Source of the DNA: Actinomycetota bacterium
Lineage (GTDB): Bacteria; Actinomycetota; Thermoleophilia; Gaiellales; Gaiellaceae
Assembly (NCBI GenBank): GCA_046729795.1
Contig: JBKPHH010000010.1
Span: forward strand, 10,397 to 74,396
DNA: 64,000 bases
Direction of reading: 5' to 3'
Made by a program: the position numbers and the translations under genes. Numbering within the stretch: position 1 is the first letter of the stretch; every line of letters starts with the position of its first letter. Positions 1 through 8,466 of the stretch are shown here, one piece after another. Below the pieces are notes generated by a model. That model made no database searches and was not told the DNA's origin. It worked only from the letters and a program-made list of their open reading frames with translations.

Positions 1-36
1 AAAGTCCGACACAAAGTCGGTGGGGGGCGGCCGCTC

Positions 37-42
37 TAGCAT
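37..42 (+). promoter_or_regulatory. -10-like TAGCAT, 8 nt upstream of the gltX ATG
   Basis: Hexamer fits TAnnnT. No Shine-Dalgarno sequence between it and the ATG. Confidence 0.35.
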
Positions 43-50
43 TGGGCTCC

Positions 51-1331
51 ATGAGCGTTCGCGTTCGCTTCGCGCCGAGCCCGACGGGCTACCTGCACAT
101 CGGCGGGGCCCACACGGCGCTCTTTAACTGGCTCTTCGCCCGCAACCAGGGCGGCGAGTTTCGGCTGCGGATCGAGAACACCGATACGAGCCGCGAGGTC
201 GCCGAGGCCACGGAGCAGATCCAGGAGTCGCTCCGGTGGGTCGGGCTCGACTGGGACGGCGACGTCACCTTCCAGCTCGACCGGATGAAGGAGGCGCAGG
301 AGGCTGCCGCCCGGCTGGTCGAGGAGGCCAAGGCCTACGAGGACGAGGGCGCGATCCGCTTCCGTATGCCCGACGATGGCATCACGGCGTGGGAAGACCT
401 CGTGCTGGGCCGGATCGAGTACCCGAACGAGAAGCTCGAGGATGTCGTGCTCGTGCGCTCGGACGGCCGGCCGACGTACAATTTTGTCTCCCCGCTCGAG
501 GACGTGCTCGACGGGATTACCCACGTCATCCGCGGCCAGGATCACGTCTCGAACACGCCGAAGCAGCTGCGGATCCTGGAGGGATTGTCCGCGGCGGTCC
601 CGCGGTACGCCCACGTCCCGCTGCTCAACGGCCCTGACGGCCGGAAGCTTTCGAAGCGCCACGGCGCGATCACCGTGGAGGAGTTCCGCCGCGAGGGGTT
701 CATCCCCGAGGCCCTCTTCAACTACCTCGCGCTGCTCGGGTGGAGCTACGACGACCGCACTGAGATCATGACCCGTGACGAGCTCGTCGAGCGCTTCACG
801 CTCGACCGCGTCGGCGCGAGCCCCGCCACGTTCGACTACGTGAAGCTGACCGACATGAACGGCAAGTACCTCCGAGCGCTCCCCGCGGACGAGTACGCCG
901 AGCGCCTCGTCGCCTATCTCCGCGAGCAGGGTTACGACTGGGACGAGGAGACGATCCGCCGTGCCACGCCGCTCGTGCAGGAGAAGATCGCGACGCTGGG
1001 CGGGTTTCCCGACTTCGCGCGCTTCCTGTTCGAGCGCGTCGAGCCCGATCCGGCGCAGATCCGGGACGGCGCCGTGCTTCCCGCGGCGGCCGAAGCGCTC
1101 GCGGATGTCGAGCCATTCGAAGCCGAGCCGATCGAGCAGGCGCTACGAGGCGTCGCCGAGCAGCTCGGCCTCAAGCCGCGCGAGGCCTTTCAGCCGATTC
1201 GGTTGGCGTTGACCGGGTCGTCGGTGTCGCCGGGGTTGTTCGAGAGCCTCGAGCTGCTGGGCAAGGAGGAGTCGCTGGCGCGCATCACCGGCATGGGACG
1301 CGGCGGGCCCAGCGGGTCAAGGGCTCGCTGA
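51..1331 (+). CDS. gltX: glutamate--tRNA ligase (glutamyl-tRNA synthetase)
   Basis: ORF 42..1331. N-terminus VRFAPSPTGYLHIGGAHTALFNW carries the class I HIGH motif and KLSKRHG is the KMSKS motif. ATG at 51 preferred over TTG at 42. Confidence 0.92.
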   Translation: MSVRVRFAPSPTGYLHIGGAHTALFNWLFARNQGGEFRLRIENTDTSREVAEATEQIQESLRWVGLDWDGDVTFQLDRMKEAQEAAARLVEEAKAYEDEGAIRFRMPDDGITAWEDLVLGRIEYPNEKLEDVVLVRSDGRPTYNFVSPLEDVLDGITHVIRGQDHVSNTPKQLRILEGLSAAVPRYAHVPLLNGPDGRKLSKRHGAITVEEFRREGFIPEALFNYLALLGWSYDDRTEIMTRDELVERFTLDRVGASPATFDYVKLTDMNGKYLRALPADEYAERLVAYLREQGYDWDEETIRRATPLVQEKIATLGGFPDFARFLFERVEPDPAQIRDGAVLPAAAEALADVEPFEAEPIEQALRGVAEQLGLKPREAFQPIRLALTGSSVSPGLFESLELLGKEESLARITGMGRGGPSGSRAR

Positions 1332-1464
1332 AACTCGATCCAGGCACGCCGGCGGAACTGCACGCTGGGGCGCGGAAGTTGTTCGACCAAAAGACTCCAA
1401 TCCAGCACGGGCGTCGAAGAGTTTTCCGGCTTCCAAGGGGTAAACGAACCGGGTTCCGGCTGAG

Positions 1465-2049
1465 TTACGGGCGCCGCTTGTAGACCAGCAAGGCGCCTGC
1501 AACAAGCGCCAAACCGAGCGCCCAGAGCGGCCAGAGCGAAATCGTCGCGCCGCCGGCGAATGCGGCCGCCCCGGCGACCACGAACACGGTCGCGGGCAGC
1601 GCGCCGCGGGCGTGCACGGACTCCTCGTCTACCCATTGGACTTCAGGCGGCATCGGCGCGGGAGTCGCGAGGCGAAGGCGGGCCAGGCGCACGCGGAAGA
1701 GCGCCCCGCGCCATTCCGGGATGAAGGGCTCGGCGGCGTAGAAGCCACCGTCTTCGGCCGCCTCGGCCACGTCGGCAGTGATGTCCCGGGCGCCCGCGAG
1801 CGCGGCCGCGAGCTCTTCATGTGCGGCCTCACCGCCGGCGGGCGGCTCGATCCCGAGCGCGAGCTCGGCTCCGGCGTGCAGCGCGTACTGGTACTCCGGA
1901 AGGATCTCGATCGCCTCGTCGTCGAGCCGTAACTCAGGATCGGCGGCAATCGCCTCGAGCTCGCAGACCGCAGAGGCGACACGCTGCCAGAGGCCGGACA
2001 GCGCAACCGCGTACCCCTCACGCTGACCGCTCGAAACGCCCGGCCTCAC
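1465..2049 (-). CDS. hypothetical protein with C-terminal transmembrane anchor
   Basis: 194-aa ORF with high GC3. Acidic N-terminal part, then hydrophobic tail ATVFVVAGAAAFAGGATISLWPLWALGLALVAGALLVY. GTG start at 2049 preceded by TAAGAT with 6-nt spacing. No family recognised. Confidence 0.55.
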   Translation of the reverse strand: MRPGVSSGQREGYAVALSGLWQRVASAVCELEAIAADPELRLDDEAIEILPEYQYALHAGAELALGIEPPAGGEAAHEELAAALAGARDITADVAEAAEDGGFYAAEPFIPEWRGALFRVRLARLRLATPAPMPPEVQWVDEESVHARGALPATVFVVAGAAAFAGGATISLWPLWALGLALVAGALLVYKRRP

Positions 2050-2055
2050 GCCGCG

Positions 2056-2061
2056 ATCTTA
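2056..2061 (-). promoter_or_regulatory. -10-like TAAGAT, 6 nt upstream of GTG 2049
   Basis: The minus strand reads cTAAGATcgcggcGTG, nearly identical to the context at 58423. Confidence 0.4.
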
Positions 2062-2084
2062 GCGCTACAGTTCACGTCTCCGAG

Positions 2085-2453
2085 ATGGGGGACGAGCAAG
2101 CCGCAACGATCCTCGTCGTCGACGACGATGAGTCGCTGCGAATGTTGTGCCGCATCAACCTCGAGCTTGCGGGCTACCGCGTGCTCGAGGCATCGACTCC
2201 GGAGGCCGCGCGTGAGCTGCTCGAGGCGGAGGCGATCGACGCCGTCCTGCTCGACCTTCACCTCGGTACCGACGACGGGCTCGAGCTCGTCGACCAGATT
2301 CGCGGCAAGGGGGCAGCCGTGGTCTTGTTCACCGGCAGCGCGGAGATCGAGCCCGAGACGCGCGACGCCGTCGACGCAGTCCTGACGAAGCCGTTCACGA
2401 TCGACGACCTGCTCGGCACGGCCCGCAGTCTCCTGGGCGTGCCGCTCCGGTAG
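2085..2453 (+). CDS. single-domain response regulator (CheY-like receiver)
   Basis: Inside ORF 1821..2453. From ATG 2085 the product reads ILVVDDDESLR...AVLLDLHLG..DG...TKPF, a typical receiver domain with no output domain. The upstream part of the ORF is Arg-rich shadow sequence. Confidence 0.8.
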   Translation: MGDEQAATILVVDDDESLRMLCRINLELAGYRVLEASTPEAARELLEAEAIDAVLLDLHLGTDDGLELVDQIRGKGAAVVLFTGSAEIEPETRDAVDAVLTKPFTIDDLLGTARSLLGVPLR

Positions 2454-2465
2454 ATTTCTGCTTCC

Positions 2466-3980
2466 TTGAGCGTCACCGCCGTCCGCTCCCCGGCCGAGTA
2501 CGAATCGCGTCTCCGGAACTATCTCTTCGAGCGTTGTGAGGAGGGCCGCGCCGTGCGCGTGGGGGAGAAGGAGGTGTCGGAGCGCGCCGAGATCGTCGCG
2601 CGCTACGCCGACCTCTTCACGCGCGAGCAACTGGGTACACTCCGCGCCGCCGAGGATGAGGCGGAGGCAGGGGAGCGCGAGCGCCTTTACCGGCTGCGCA
2701 AGACTTGCGAGGCGGGACTGATCGCGAACGAGCTCGCCGAGCGCGAGGACGCGCTCGAGAACGCCGTGCTCGCCGCCAGGGTCGACTTCCGCGGCGACGA
2801 GATGCCTCTGCGCACGGCGCAGGCGACGCTCGCCATCCTGCCGGAGTACGGCGATCGCGAGGAGCTCGGCCGCCTGACGGCCGACCGCTCGGCCGACTTC
2901 AACGACGACCGGCTAGATGTCCTGCGCTCGTACGAGGAGCTGGAGGCGGAGATCTCCGGCGAGGAGGACCCGGTCGCTCGAATCGAGGAGGAGAAGGGCA
3001 TCTCGTTGCGCGAGCTCGAGGCCGCCCTCGCCCAGGCGAGCGAGGCCGCGGAGACCGTCTACGTTGCGCTGCGCGACCGCTGGTTCGACAAGCTGCTCGG
3101 GCCCGGCCGCGATCAGACGCCGTCCTCGTACCACGTCGCCTTCCTTCGCCGGCTCTCGCCGCTCGAATCGACGTACACGAAGGATCGCGCGGTCGAGATC
3201 TGCATGGACACGCTCAGCCGCCTGGGCTTCGACGTGGCTGACGAGCCGAACATCAGGCTCGATCTCGACGACCGTCCCCAGAAGTCTCCGCGCGCCTGCG
3301 TGATCCCGTCCGACCCGCCGGCGGTCGTCCACCTAATCACGCGGGCTCAGGGAGGTCTGCACGACTACCAGGCTTTCCTCCACGAAGCGGGCCACGCGCT
3401 GCACTACGCCGGCGTCGACCCGGACCTTCCGTACACGTTCCGCAACCTGTCGCGCGATCACGCGCTGACCGAGATCTACTCGTACATCGTCGAGGCGATC
3501 TCCCGGCAGCCGGGATGGCACGAGCGGTACTTCGGCCTCTCGCCCGAGCAGGCGCGGCAGAACGCCGAGGCGACCGTCTTCCTCGAGGCGCTCCTCTTCC
3601 GCCGCTACGTCGCCAAGCTGCAGTTCGAGCTTGAGTTCTGGTCGCGGTTCGCGCAGGACGGTGGGTCGCCCGAGGGATACGCGGAACGGCTGAGCGCGGC
3701 GACCGGACTGATCTACCGCAAGGACGCCTACCTCGCCGACATGGATGCCGGCTTCTACTCGGCCGACTACTTACGGGCCTGGATCCGCTCCGCCCAGCTG
3801 CGCGCGTATCTCGTGCGCGAGATCGGCGACGACTGGTGGCAGAACGCGGAGACCGGAACACGGCTCCGCGGGCTCTTCGCCGAAGGCACGCGGCCCTCGA
3901 GTGAGGAGATCGCCTCGCGGCTCGGCTACGAGCCGCTCGACACCGGGTCGCTGCTGGCCGAGCTCGGCGTCGAGCACTAA
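2466..3980 (+). CDS. M3-like zinc metallopeptidase (oligoendopeptidase F-like)
   Basis: 504-aa ORF with an HEAGHALH zinc motif (HExxH) and a downstream Glu (LTEIYS). Size and layout resemble M3 oligoendopeptidases. TTG start. Confidence 0.65.
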   Translation: MSVTAVRSPAEYESRLRNYLFERCEEGRAVRVGEKEVSERAEIVARYADLFTREQLGTLRAAEDEAEAGERERLYRLRKTCEAGLIANELAEREDALENAVLAARVDFRGDEMPLRTAQATLAILPEYGDREELGRLTADRSADFNDDRLDVLRSYEELEAEISGEEDPVARIEEEKGISLRELEAALAQASEAAETVYVALRDRWFDKLLGPGRDQTPSSYHVAFLRRLSPLESTYTKDRAVEICMDTLSRLGFDVADEPNIRLDLDDRPQKSPRACVIPSDPPAVVHLITRAQGGLHDYQAFLHEAGHALHYAGVDPDLPYTFRNLSRDHALTEIYSYIVEAISRQPGWHERYFGLSPEQARQNAEATVFLEALLFRRYVAKLQFELEFWSRFAQDGGSPEGYAERLSAATGLIYRKDAYLADMDAGFYSADYLRAWIRSAQLRAYLVREIGDDWWQNAETGTRLRGLFAEGTRPSSEEIASRLGYEPLDTGSLLAELGVEH

Positions 3981-4025
3981 GACGGCTCGAGGTCGACGCG
4001 TCTGCATCAGTCCCCTAGGCGTTGC

Positions 4026-5054
4026 CTATGTGTTCCAGAGCACCTCGATCGGCCGGTCGACGCCCGGAAGGGGCAGGGCGTTGGCCTCGGCCTCGATCGC
4101 GTCGCGCGTTGCACGCGAGAGACGTCCCCAGGCGTCGATCCGTACGGTGTGGTGCGCCCGTCTCCAGGTTCCGCGGATCTCGCCTTCGACGAGGAGCGCG
4201 CCCGGCCACACCCGGGGCGTCCAAAGCCGCTGCCGCAGATCCTCGCGCGGAACCAAAAGCTCGCGCTCTGCTCCGTTGAGCAGGAAGTAAGCATCGCCGC
4301 TCGGCAGCAGGCGCGCGGGCGCGGCGGCCGTCTCGGTGGCGTGAATCCCCGGCTCGTCTTCCGCGAGCAGCCACTCGTCGCCGAGCGGCGATCGAACCGG
4401 CAGCAGCGATCCCCCGAGCGACGCGAATGCGCCGCTCGCCGACCGCCGGGAGATTCCTGCCCAGCGAGCGAACCTCTCAGCCGTCGCGGGCCCGAAGATT
4501 CGGAGGTAGCGTCGAGCGAGCTCGCGACAGGCGTCGGCCGGGTCGACCTCCGCGGCGACGACCGTCCAAACCGTCGCCGCACGAGCACCGCCCCAGCGGA
4601 TCGCGACCGTTCCGGTCGTCGCGGCGTACCTGAGCGCGTTACCGACGCCGAGTGCGCGCATAACCTCGCGGTCGGTCATCTTCCTGCCGTCGAGATGGGC
4701 GTGCAACCGCTCAGCGATGCGCTCGGCGCGAAGGCGGCTCTTGGCGTTGTCCGGAAGCCTGCCGAGCGAGAAGAGCGCGAAGTCGCACTGCGGCACGACA
4801 TAGACCTGATAACGAGGGCCCCACAGCTGAGCGAGCGAGGGATCCTCCCACGTCGAGGGCTCGACCCCGTCGACCCGCGCGTGCAACGAGAGCAACCCGG
4901 CTCTCGGCATGCTGTCCTGCAGGCCGGCCCACCCCGCCTGCCGTAGCGACTCCGAGCCCTCCGGCATGCGCTCGTTGAGCGCGCCGACTCGTCGTCGGAA
5001 CGCCAGGATCTGCTGCCGCGTGACCCTGAGTCGCGATTGCACTGAACCCGCCAT
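4026..5054 (-). CDS. winged-helix DNA-binding domain protein (YcaQ/DUF1006-like, putative DNA glycosylase family)
   Basis: ORF 4026..5348 trimmed to ATG 5054, because codons upstream overlap the tRNA-Glu gene. Segments VTRQQILAFRRRVGAL...GLQDSMPRAGLLSLHARV...RYQVYVVP resemble this family. Confidence 0.6.
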   Translation of the reverse strand: MAGSVQSRLRVTRQQILAFRRRVGALNERMPEGSESLRQAGWAGLQDSMPRAGLLSLHARVDGVEPSTWEDPSLAQLWGPRYQVYVVPQCDFALFSLGRLPDNAKSRLRAERIAERLHAHLDGRKMTDREVMRALGVGNALRYAATTGTVAIRWGGARAATVWTVVAAEVDPADACRELARRYLRIFGPATAERFARWAGISRRSASGAFASLGGSLLPVRSPLGDEWLLAEDEPGIHATETAAAPARLLPSGDAYFLLNGAERELLVPREDLRQRLWTPRVWPGALLVEGEIRGTWRRAHHTVRIDAWGRLSRATRDAIEAEANALPLPGVDRPIEVLWNT

Positions 5055-5075
5055 TGCAGCACAGGATCCGCGAGG

Positions 5076-5148
5076 AGGCGCATACGGGATTCGAACCCGT
5101 GCCGCCGCCGTGAGAGGGCGGTGTCCTAGGCCACTAGACGAATGCGCC
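5076..5148 (-). tRNA. tRNA-Glu (anticodon CTC)
   Basis: Reverse complement reads GGCGCAT TC GTC TAGTGGCCTAG GAC A CCGCC CTCTCAC GGCGG CGGC ACGGG TTCGAAT CCCGT ATGCGCC T. Full cloverleaf, CTC in the anticodon loop, no encoded CCA. Confidence 0.9.
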
Positions 5149-5160
5149 TCGCGGACGTTC

Positions 5161-5166
5161 AGTCTA
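5161..5166 (-). promoter_or_regulatory. -10-like TAGACT, 12 nt upstream of the tRNA-Glu 5' end
   Basis: Reverse complement of agtcta. Spacing is consistent with a short pre-tRNA leader. Confidence 0.4.
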
Positions 5167-5441
5167 GCGGCGATCGGGTAAGCCTCGGCCGTGTTCGATT
5201 GGCTGAAACGACGGAAGAAGACGGCGGCAAAACAGGAAGGCGATCCGCACGCGCTCGACCGCCCAGGCGATCCACGCGGGGGCGTCCAGAGCGACGAGTA
5301 CCGCACCGCGGATCCTCGTGACCTGGTCTCGGAAGACGGAACCGTCATGAGCGGCCCGGGGGGAGCCCCGCAGGACCGCGAGCCCAGGGGTTAACCGGGC
5401 TATCCGGGAGCCGTCCGTCCGCCTACAGTGTGAGGCGGGGG

Positions 5442-7403
5442 ATGTCTCAGATCTCGCTACGGGAAGCGCCTTTCGCGGCCGGGCGTGGCCGGGCGGCCGC
5501 ATGGACACGCGAGCAGGCGCCCAGCATCGTCACCGGCGCGGCTGCGTTCGTGACCGTGTTCGCGATCTCGGTCGACAACGGCGGGTACTTCCCGACGGCC
5601 TGGGGCTGGGCGGCCCTCGGCCTGTTTTGGCTCGCCGGCCTCGCCTTCGTCTGGGTCGCCGCCGTGGAGGCCGGGCTGCTCGAGCTGCTGTTGGTGGGCG
5701 CGCTCACCGCCTTCGCCGGTTGGAGCGCTCTCGCGTTGATCTGGACCCGCGACGTGACGCAGAGCATGGTCGAGCTCGAGCGCACGCTCGCCTATATGGC
5801 CGGGTTGATCGCCTTTCTTCTCATCGTTCGGCGCCGCTCCGTTGTCTGGCTTCTCGGGGGAGTCCTAATCGCGATCGTTGCCGTGGCCACCTACAGCCTC
5901 GCAACGCGGCTCTTTCCCGAGCGTTTGGGTACGTTCGACCCGGTCACCGGTTACCGCCTCGCGGAACCGGTCGGCTACTGGAACGCACTGGGAATTCTCG
6001 TCGGCCTGGGCGCGCTGCTCGCCCTCGGATTCGCAGCACGTTCAACCACGCTCTTTCGGCGCGCGCTGGCGGGTGCCTCGACCGTGGTTTTGATCACGAC
6101 CCTCTATTTCGCATTTGGCCGGGCTGTTTGGGTCGCTTTCGGCGTCGCGATCGCCATTGCTCTGCTTCTCGACCCTCGCCGGTTACAGCTCGTAGTGACC
6201 ATTCTGGCGTTGGCACCCGGATGCGCCGTTTCCGTTGCGATCGCCGCGCGGTCCGACGCTCTCACGCACACGAACGCCGTTCTCTCCGAAGCCTCGCGCG
6301 AAGGGCACAGGCTCGCGGTGGCGGTTCTCCTGCTCGCGATCGCTTCGGGCGCTCTGATCGCACTGGTCGCCTTCGTCGAACGGCGCTGGAAGCCTGGCGC
6401 GGCGTACCGCCGGGCCTTCGGCGCTGCGCTTGCCCTCGCAGGGGTGGCGGCCGCGTTCGCCGTGTTCGCAAGCGCCGGTGCGCCCTGGACGGTTGCGAAT
6501 CGTGCTTACGACCGCTTCACGGGGCCCTCACCGACAAACGAGCCGATCAACCTGAACGAGCGCCTGTTCACCTTCCAAGGCAACGCCCGACGCGAGATGT
6601 GGCGCGCGGCTTGGCGCGACGCTCGTCAAAACCCGGTTCTGGGCTCGGGCCCCGGGACCTATGAGGCGACGTGGCTCAAGGAGCGCGATCTCGCGCTGAG
6701 CGTCCGTGACGCACACGGCCTCTTTATCGAGCAGCTTGCTGAGGTGGGCTCCGTTGGGCTGGCGCTATTGGTGCTTGCCCTGCTCCTCCCGCTGGCGGCC
6801 GTTCGGAGGTCGCGACGGCATCCGCTCGGCGCGATCGTTTGCGCCGCTTATCTGATGTTCGTTCTCCATGCCGGGGTCGATTGGGATTGGGAGGTGCCCG
6901 TCTTGACCCTGACGGCGATCCTGTTCGGCGTGGCTTTAGTGCGGATGCGAGGTGAAACGCCGCAACGGCTTCTCTCGACGCCTGCAAGGGCAGTTGGCGT
7001 GGCGGTGCTCGTTCCGCTGGCGGCGTTGGCGTTCGTCGGCCTCGTCTCCAACTCGGCCGTCTCCTCGAGCGACCGCGCGCTGGAAGCCGAGAAATGGGAC
7101 AAGGCCGAGGCGAGCGCGCGGCGCGTGATCCGGTGGGCGCCGTGGTCGTCGACGGGCTGGGATCGGCTCGGCGAGGCCCAGCTCGGACAGAATGACGTTC
7201 CCGGAGCGGTCAAGAGCTTCCGCAAGGCGCTCGCCAAAGATCCGAACGACTGGGACATCTGGCTCGACTACGCGGCGGCCGCCAGCGGGCGCGAGCGGAT
7301 GCGCGCCTTCGCACGCGCGGCCGCGCTCAATCCGCGCGCCGCGGAGATCGACGACTTCCGCGAGGCGCTGCTTAGACACCAGGAGCCTCCGTGGTTCCTG
7401 TAG
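5442..7403 (+). CDS. O-antigen ligase/Wzy_C-like polytopic membrane protein with C-terminal TPR repeats
   Basis: ORF 5430..7403. Many hydrophobic helices; loop ...NPVLGSGPGTYEATW...AHGLFIEQLAEVGSVG is typical of the O-antigen ligase family; C-terminus is TPR-like (AVKSFRKALAKDPNDWDIW). ATG 5442 sits behind GAGGCGGGGG. Confidence 0.72.
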   Translation: MSQISLREAPFAAGRGRAAAWTREQAPSIVTGAAAFVTVFAISVDNGGYFPTAWGWAALGLFWLAGLAFVWVAAVEAGLLELLLVGALTAFAGWSALALIWTRDVTQSMVELERTLAYMAGLIAFLLIVRRRSVVWLLGGVLIAIVAVATYSLATRLFPERLGTFDPVTGYRLAEPVGYWNALGILVGLGALLALGFAARSTTLFRRALAGASTVVLITTLYFAFGRAVWVAFGVAIAIALLLDPRRLQLVVTILALAPGCAVSVAIAARSDALTHTNAVLSEASREGHRLAVAVLLLAIASGALIALVAFVERRWKPGAAYRRAFGAALALAGVAAAFAVFASAGAPWTVANRAYDRFTGPSPTNEPINLNERLFTFQGNARREMWRAAWRDARQNPVLGSGPGTYEATWLKERDLALSVRDAHGLFIEQLAEVGSVGLALLVLALLLPLAAVRRSRRHPLGAIVCAAYLMFVLHAGVDWDWEVPVLTLTAILFGVALVRMRGETPQRLLSTPARAVGVAVLVPLAALAFVGLVSNSAVSSSDRALEAEKWDKAEASARRVIRWAPWSSTGWDRLGEAQLGQNDVPGAVKSFRKALAKDPNDWDIWLDYAAAASGRERMRAFARAAALNPRAAEIDDFREALLRHQEPPWFL

Positions 7404-7416
7404 AAGGCTGCAGAGC

Positions 7417-7968
7417 ATGAGGCGGCATGACCCCTTCACCGACGTGCGTCCGCTGATCGAGCGGGTGTACGCCTACGTGGCCTACCGCGTGGGCGACGGC
7501 CCGGACGCCGAGGATCTGACGAACGAGACCTTCGAGCGCGCGTTTCGCTACCGCGAGAGCTACGACTCGCGCCGCGGTGAGCCCCTGTCGTGGCTGATCG
7601 GTATCGCGCGTCGCTGCATCGCGGGCGCCGGCAACCCGGATCCGCTTCCCGTCGAGGAGGTTCCCGAGCAGGAGGCCGCGGGCGATCTGGAGGCCCGGAC
7701 CGTCGAGCGCCTCTCCTTGGGCGGGGCAATGGTCCGTCTGGACGCGCGGGACCGCGAGCTCGTCGCCCTGCGCTACGGCGCCGATCTCTCGAGCCGCCAG
7801 ATCGCCGAGCTGCTCGAGCTCAACGCGAATGCGGTCGACGTCGCCCTGCACCGGGCCCTGCAGCGCCTGCGGACGCTCCTCGAGCCGCCGGAATCCCCTG
7901 TAAGGAATCCGGGGCCGGGCCGGTATCTAGGAGTAGAACCAAACCTTCACAAGGGAGAGAGCGGTTGA
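7417..7968 (+). CDS. ECF-type RNA polymerase sigma factor
   Basis: In ORF 7192..7968 from ATG 7417. Region 2 (DAEDLTNETFERAFRYRESYD..PLSWL) and region 4 HTH (LSSRQIAELLELNANAVDVALHRALQRLR). Confidence 0.85.
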   Translation: MRRHDPFTDVRPLIERVYAYVAYRVGDGPDAEDLTNETFERAFRYRESYDSRRGEPLSWLIGIARRCIAGAGNPDPLPVEEVPEQEAAGDLEARTVERLSLGGAMVRLDARDRELVALRYGADLSSRQIAELLELNANAVDVALHRALQRLRTLLEPPESPVRNPGPGRYLGVEPNLHKGESG

Positions 7969-8384
7969 GAATCTGGGGTAAGAACCACGAATTCGATCTC
8001 GAAGGGCAGCTTCGCTCGAAGCGACCGAAGCCGAGCCCGGAGCTGATGGCTTCGATCGAGGATCGAGTCCGGACGCCGGATCCGAGGACGCGCGTTCGGC
8101 TGCGCGCCGCGATGGCGGTCGCGCTGACGATCGGCCTGTTGGCGGCACTGCTGCCGGTCGGCGCACTCGGTTACGCGTCCCACGCGATCTCGAGCGCGGC
8201 CCGCACGGCGGCGAAGGTCACGCACGTCAGCACCAAGCCGACACGCTCGCACTCTTCGGCGGCGGCGCAGTACTCGAAACCGAAGAAGAAGAAGTGCCCG
8301 AAGGGCAAGAAGAAGAACAAGAAAGGCCAGTGCGTCAAGGTGCGCGCAGCCCGCAGAGCCAGGGGCCCGCGCTTCACGGGCTGA
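7965..8384 (+). CDS. putative anti-sigma factor-like single-pass membrane protein with Lys-rich, two-Cys tail
   Basis: In ORF 7590..8384. TTG 7965 overlaps the sigma stop (TTGA) and follows AAGGGAGAGAG. One TM helix (AMAVALTIGLLAALLPVGALG). C-terminal KPKKKKCPKGKKKNKKGQCVK. The anti-sigma role is inferred from position only. Confidence 0.5.
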   Translation: MRIWGKNHEFDLEGQLRSKRPKPSPELMASIEDRVRTPDPRTRVRLRAAMAVALTIGLLAALLPVGALGYASHAISSAARTAAKVTHVSTKPTRSHSSAAAQYSKPKKKKCPKGKKKNKKGQCVKVRAARRARGPRFTG

Positions 8385-8413
8385 GGCTCGACAGGCGGGA
8401 CGAAGGATCCGAG

Positions 8414-8439
8414 GCGGGGCGGTCGAGAGGCCGTCCCGC
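8414..8439 (+). terminator. 9-bp hairpin after the anti-sigma-like gene
   Basis: GCGGGGCGG-tcgagagg-CCGTCCCGC (one G.U). No U-tract. Confidence 0.3.
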
Positions 8440-8466
8440 TCCGGCTCGCAAGGGGGTCAAAACGGG

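Noticed and set aside
1821-2084. Long N-terminal extension of the response-regulator ORF. The same holds for the extensions of ORFs 7192, 17553, 21542, 25861, 27309, 39777, 40808, 47656, 52385, 54952, 56358, 60379 and 61217.
   Set aside because: The upstream parts are Arg/Pro-rich translations of the preceding gene in another frame. In each case a start codon at the family-typical N-terminus, usually overlapping the upstream stop, fits better.
5055-5348. N-terminal 98 codons of ORF 4026..5348
   Set aside because: This part runs straight through the tRNA-Glu gene (5076..5148) and its promoter. The conserved winged-helix protein begins at ATG 5054.
5191-5394. 67-aa ORF (MFDWLKRRKKTAAKQEGD...) between tRNA-Glu and the O-antigen-ligase-like gene
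   Set aside because: GC3 is about 75% by my count, which is intermediate. There is no TM segment or motif, no convincing promoter or SD geometry, and the product is hydrophilic and low-complexity. I cannot support it as a gene, although it is not excluded.
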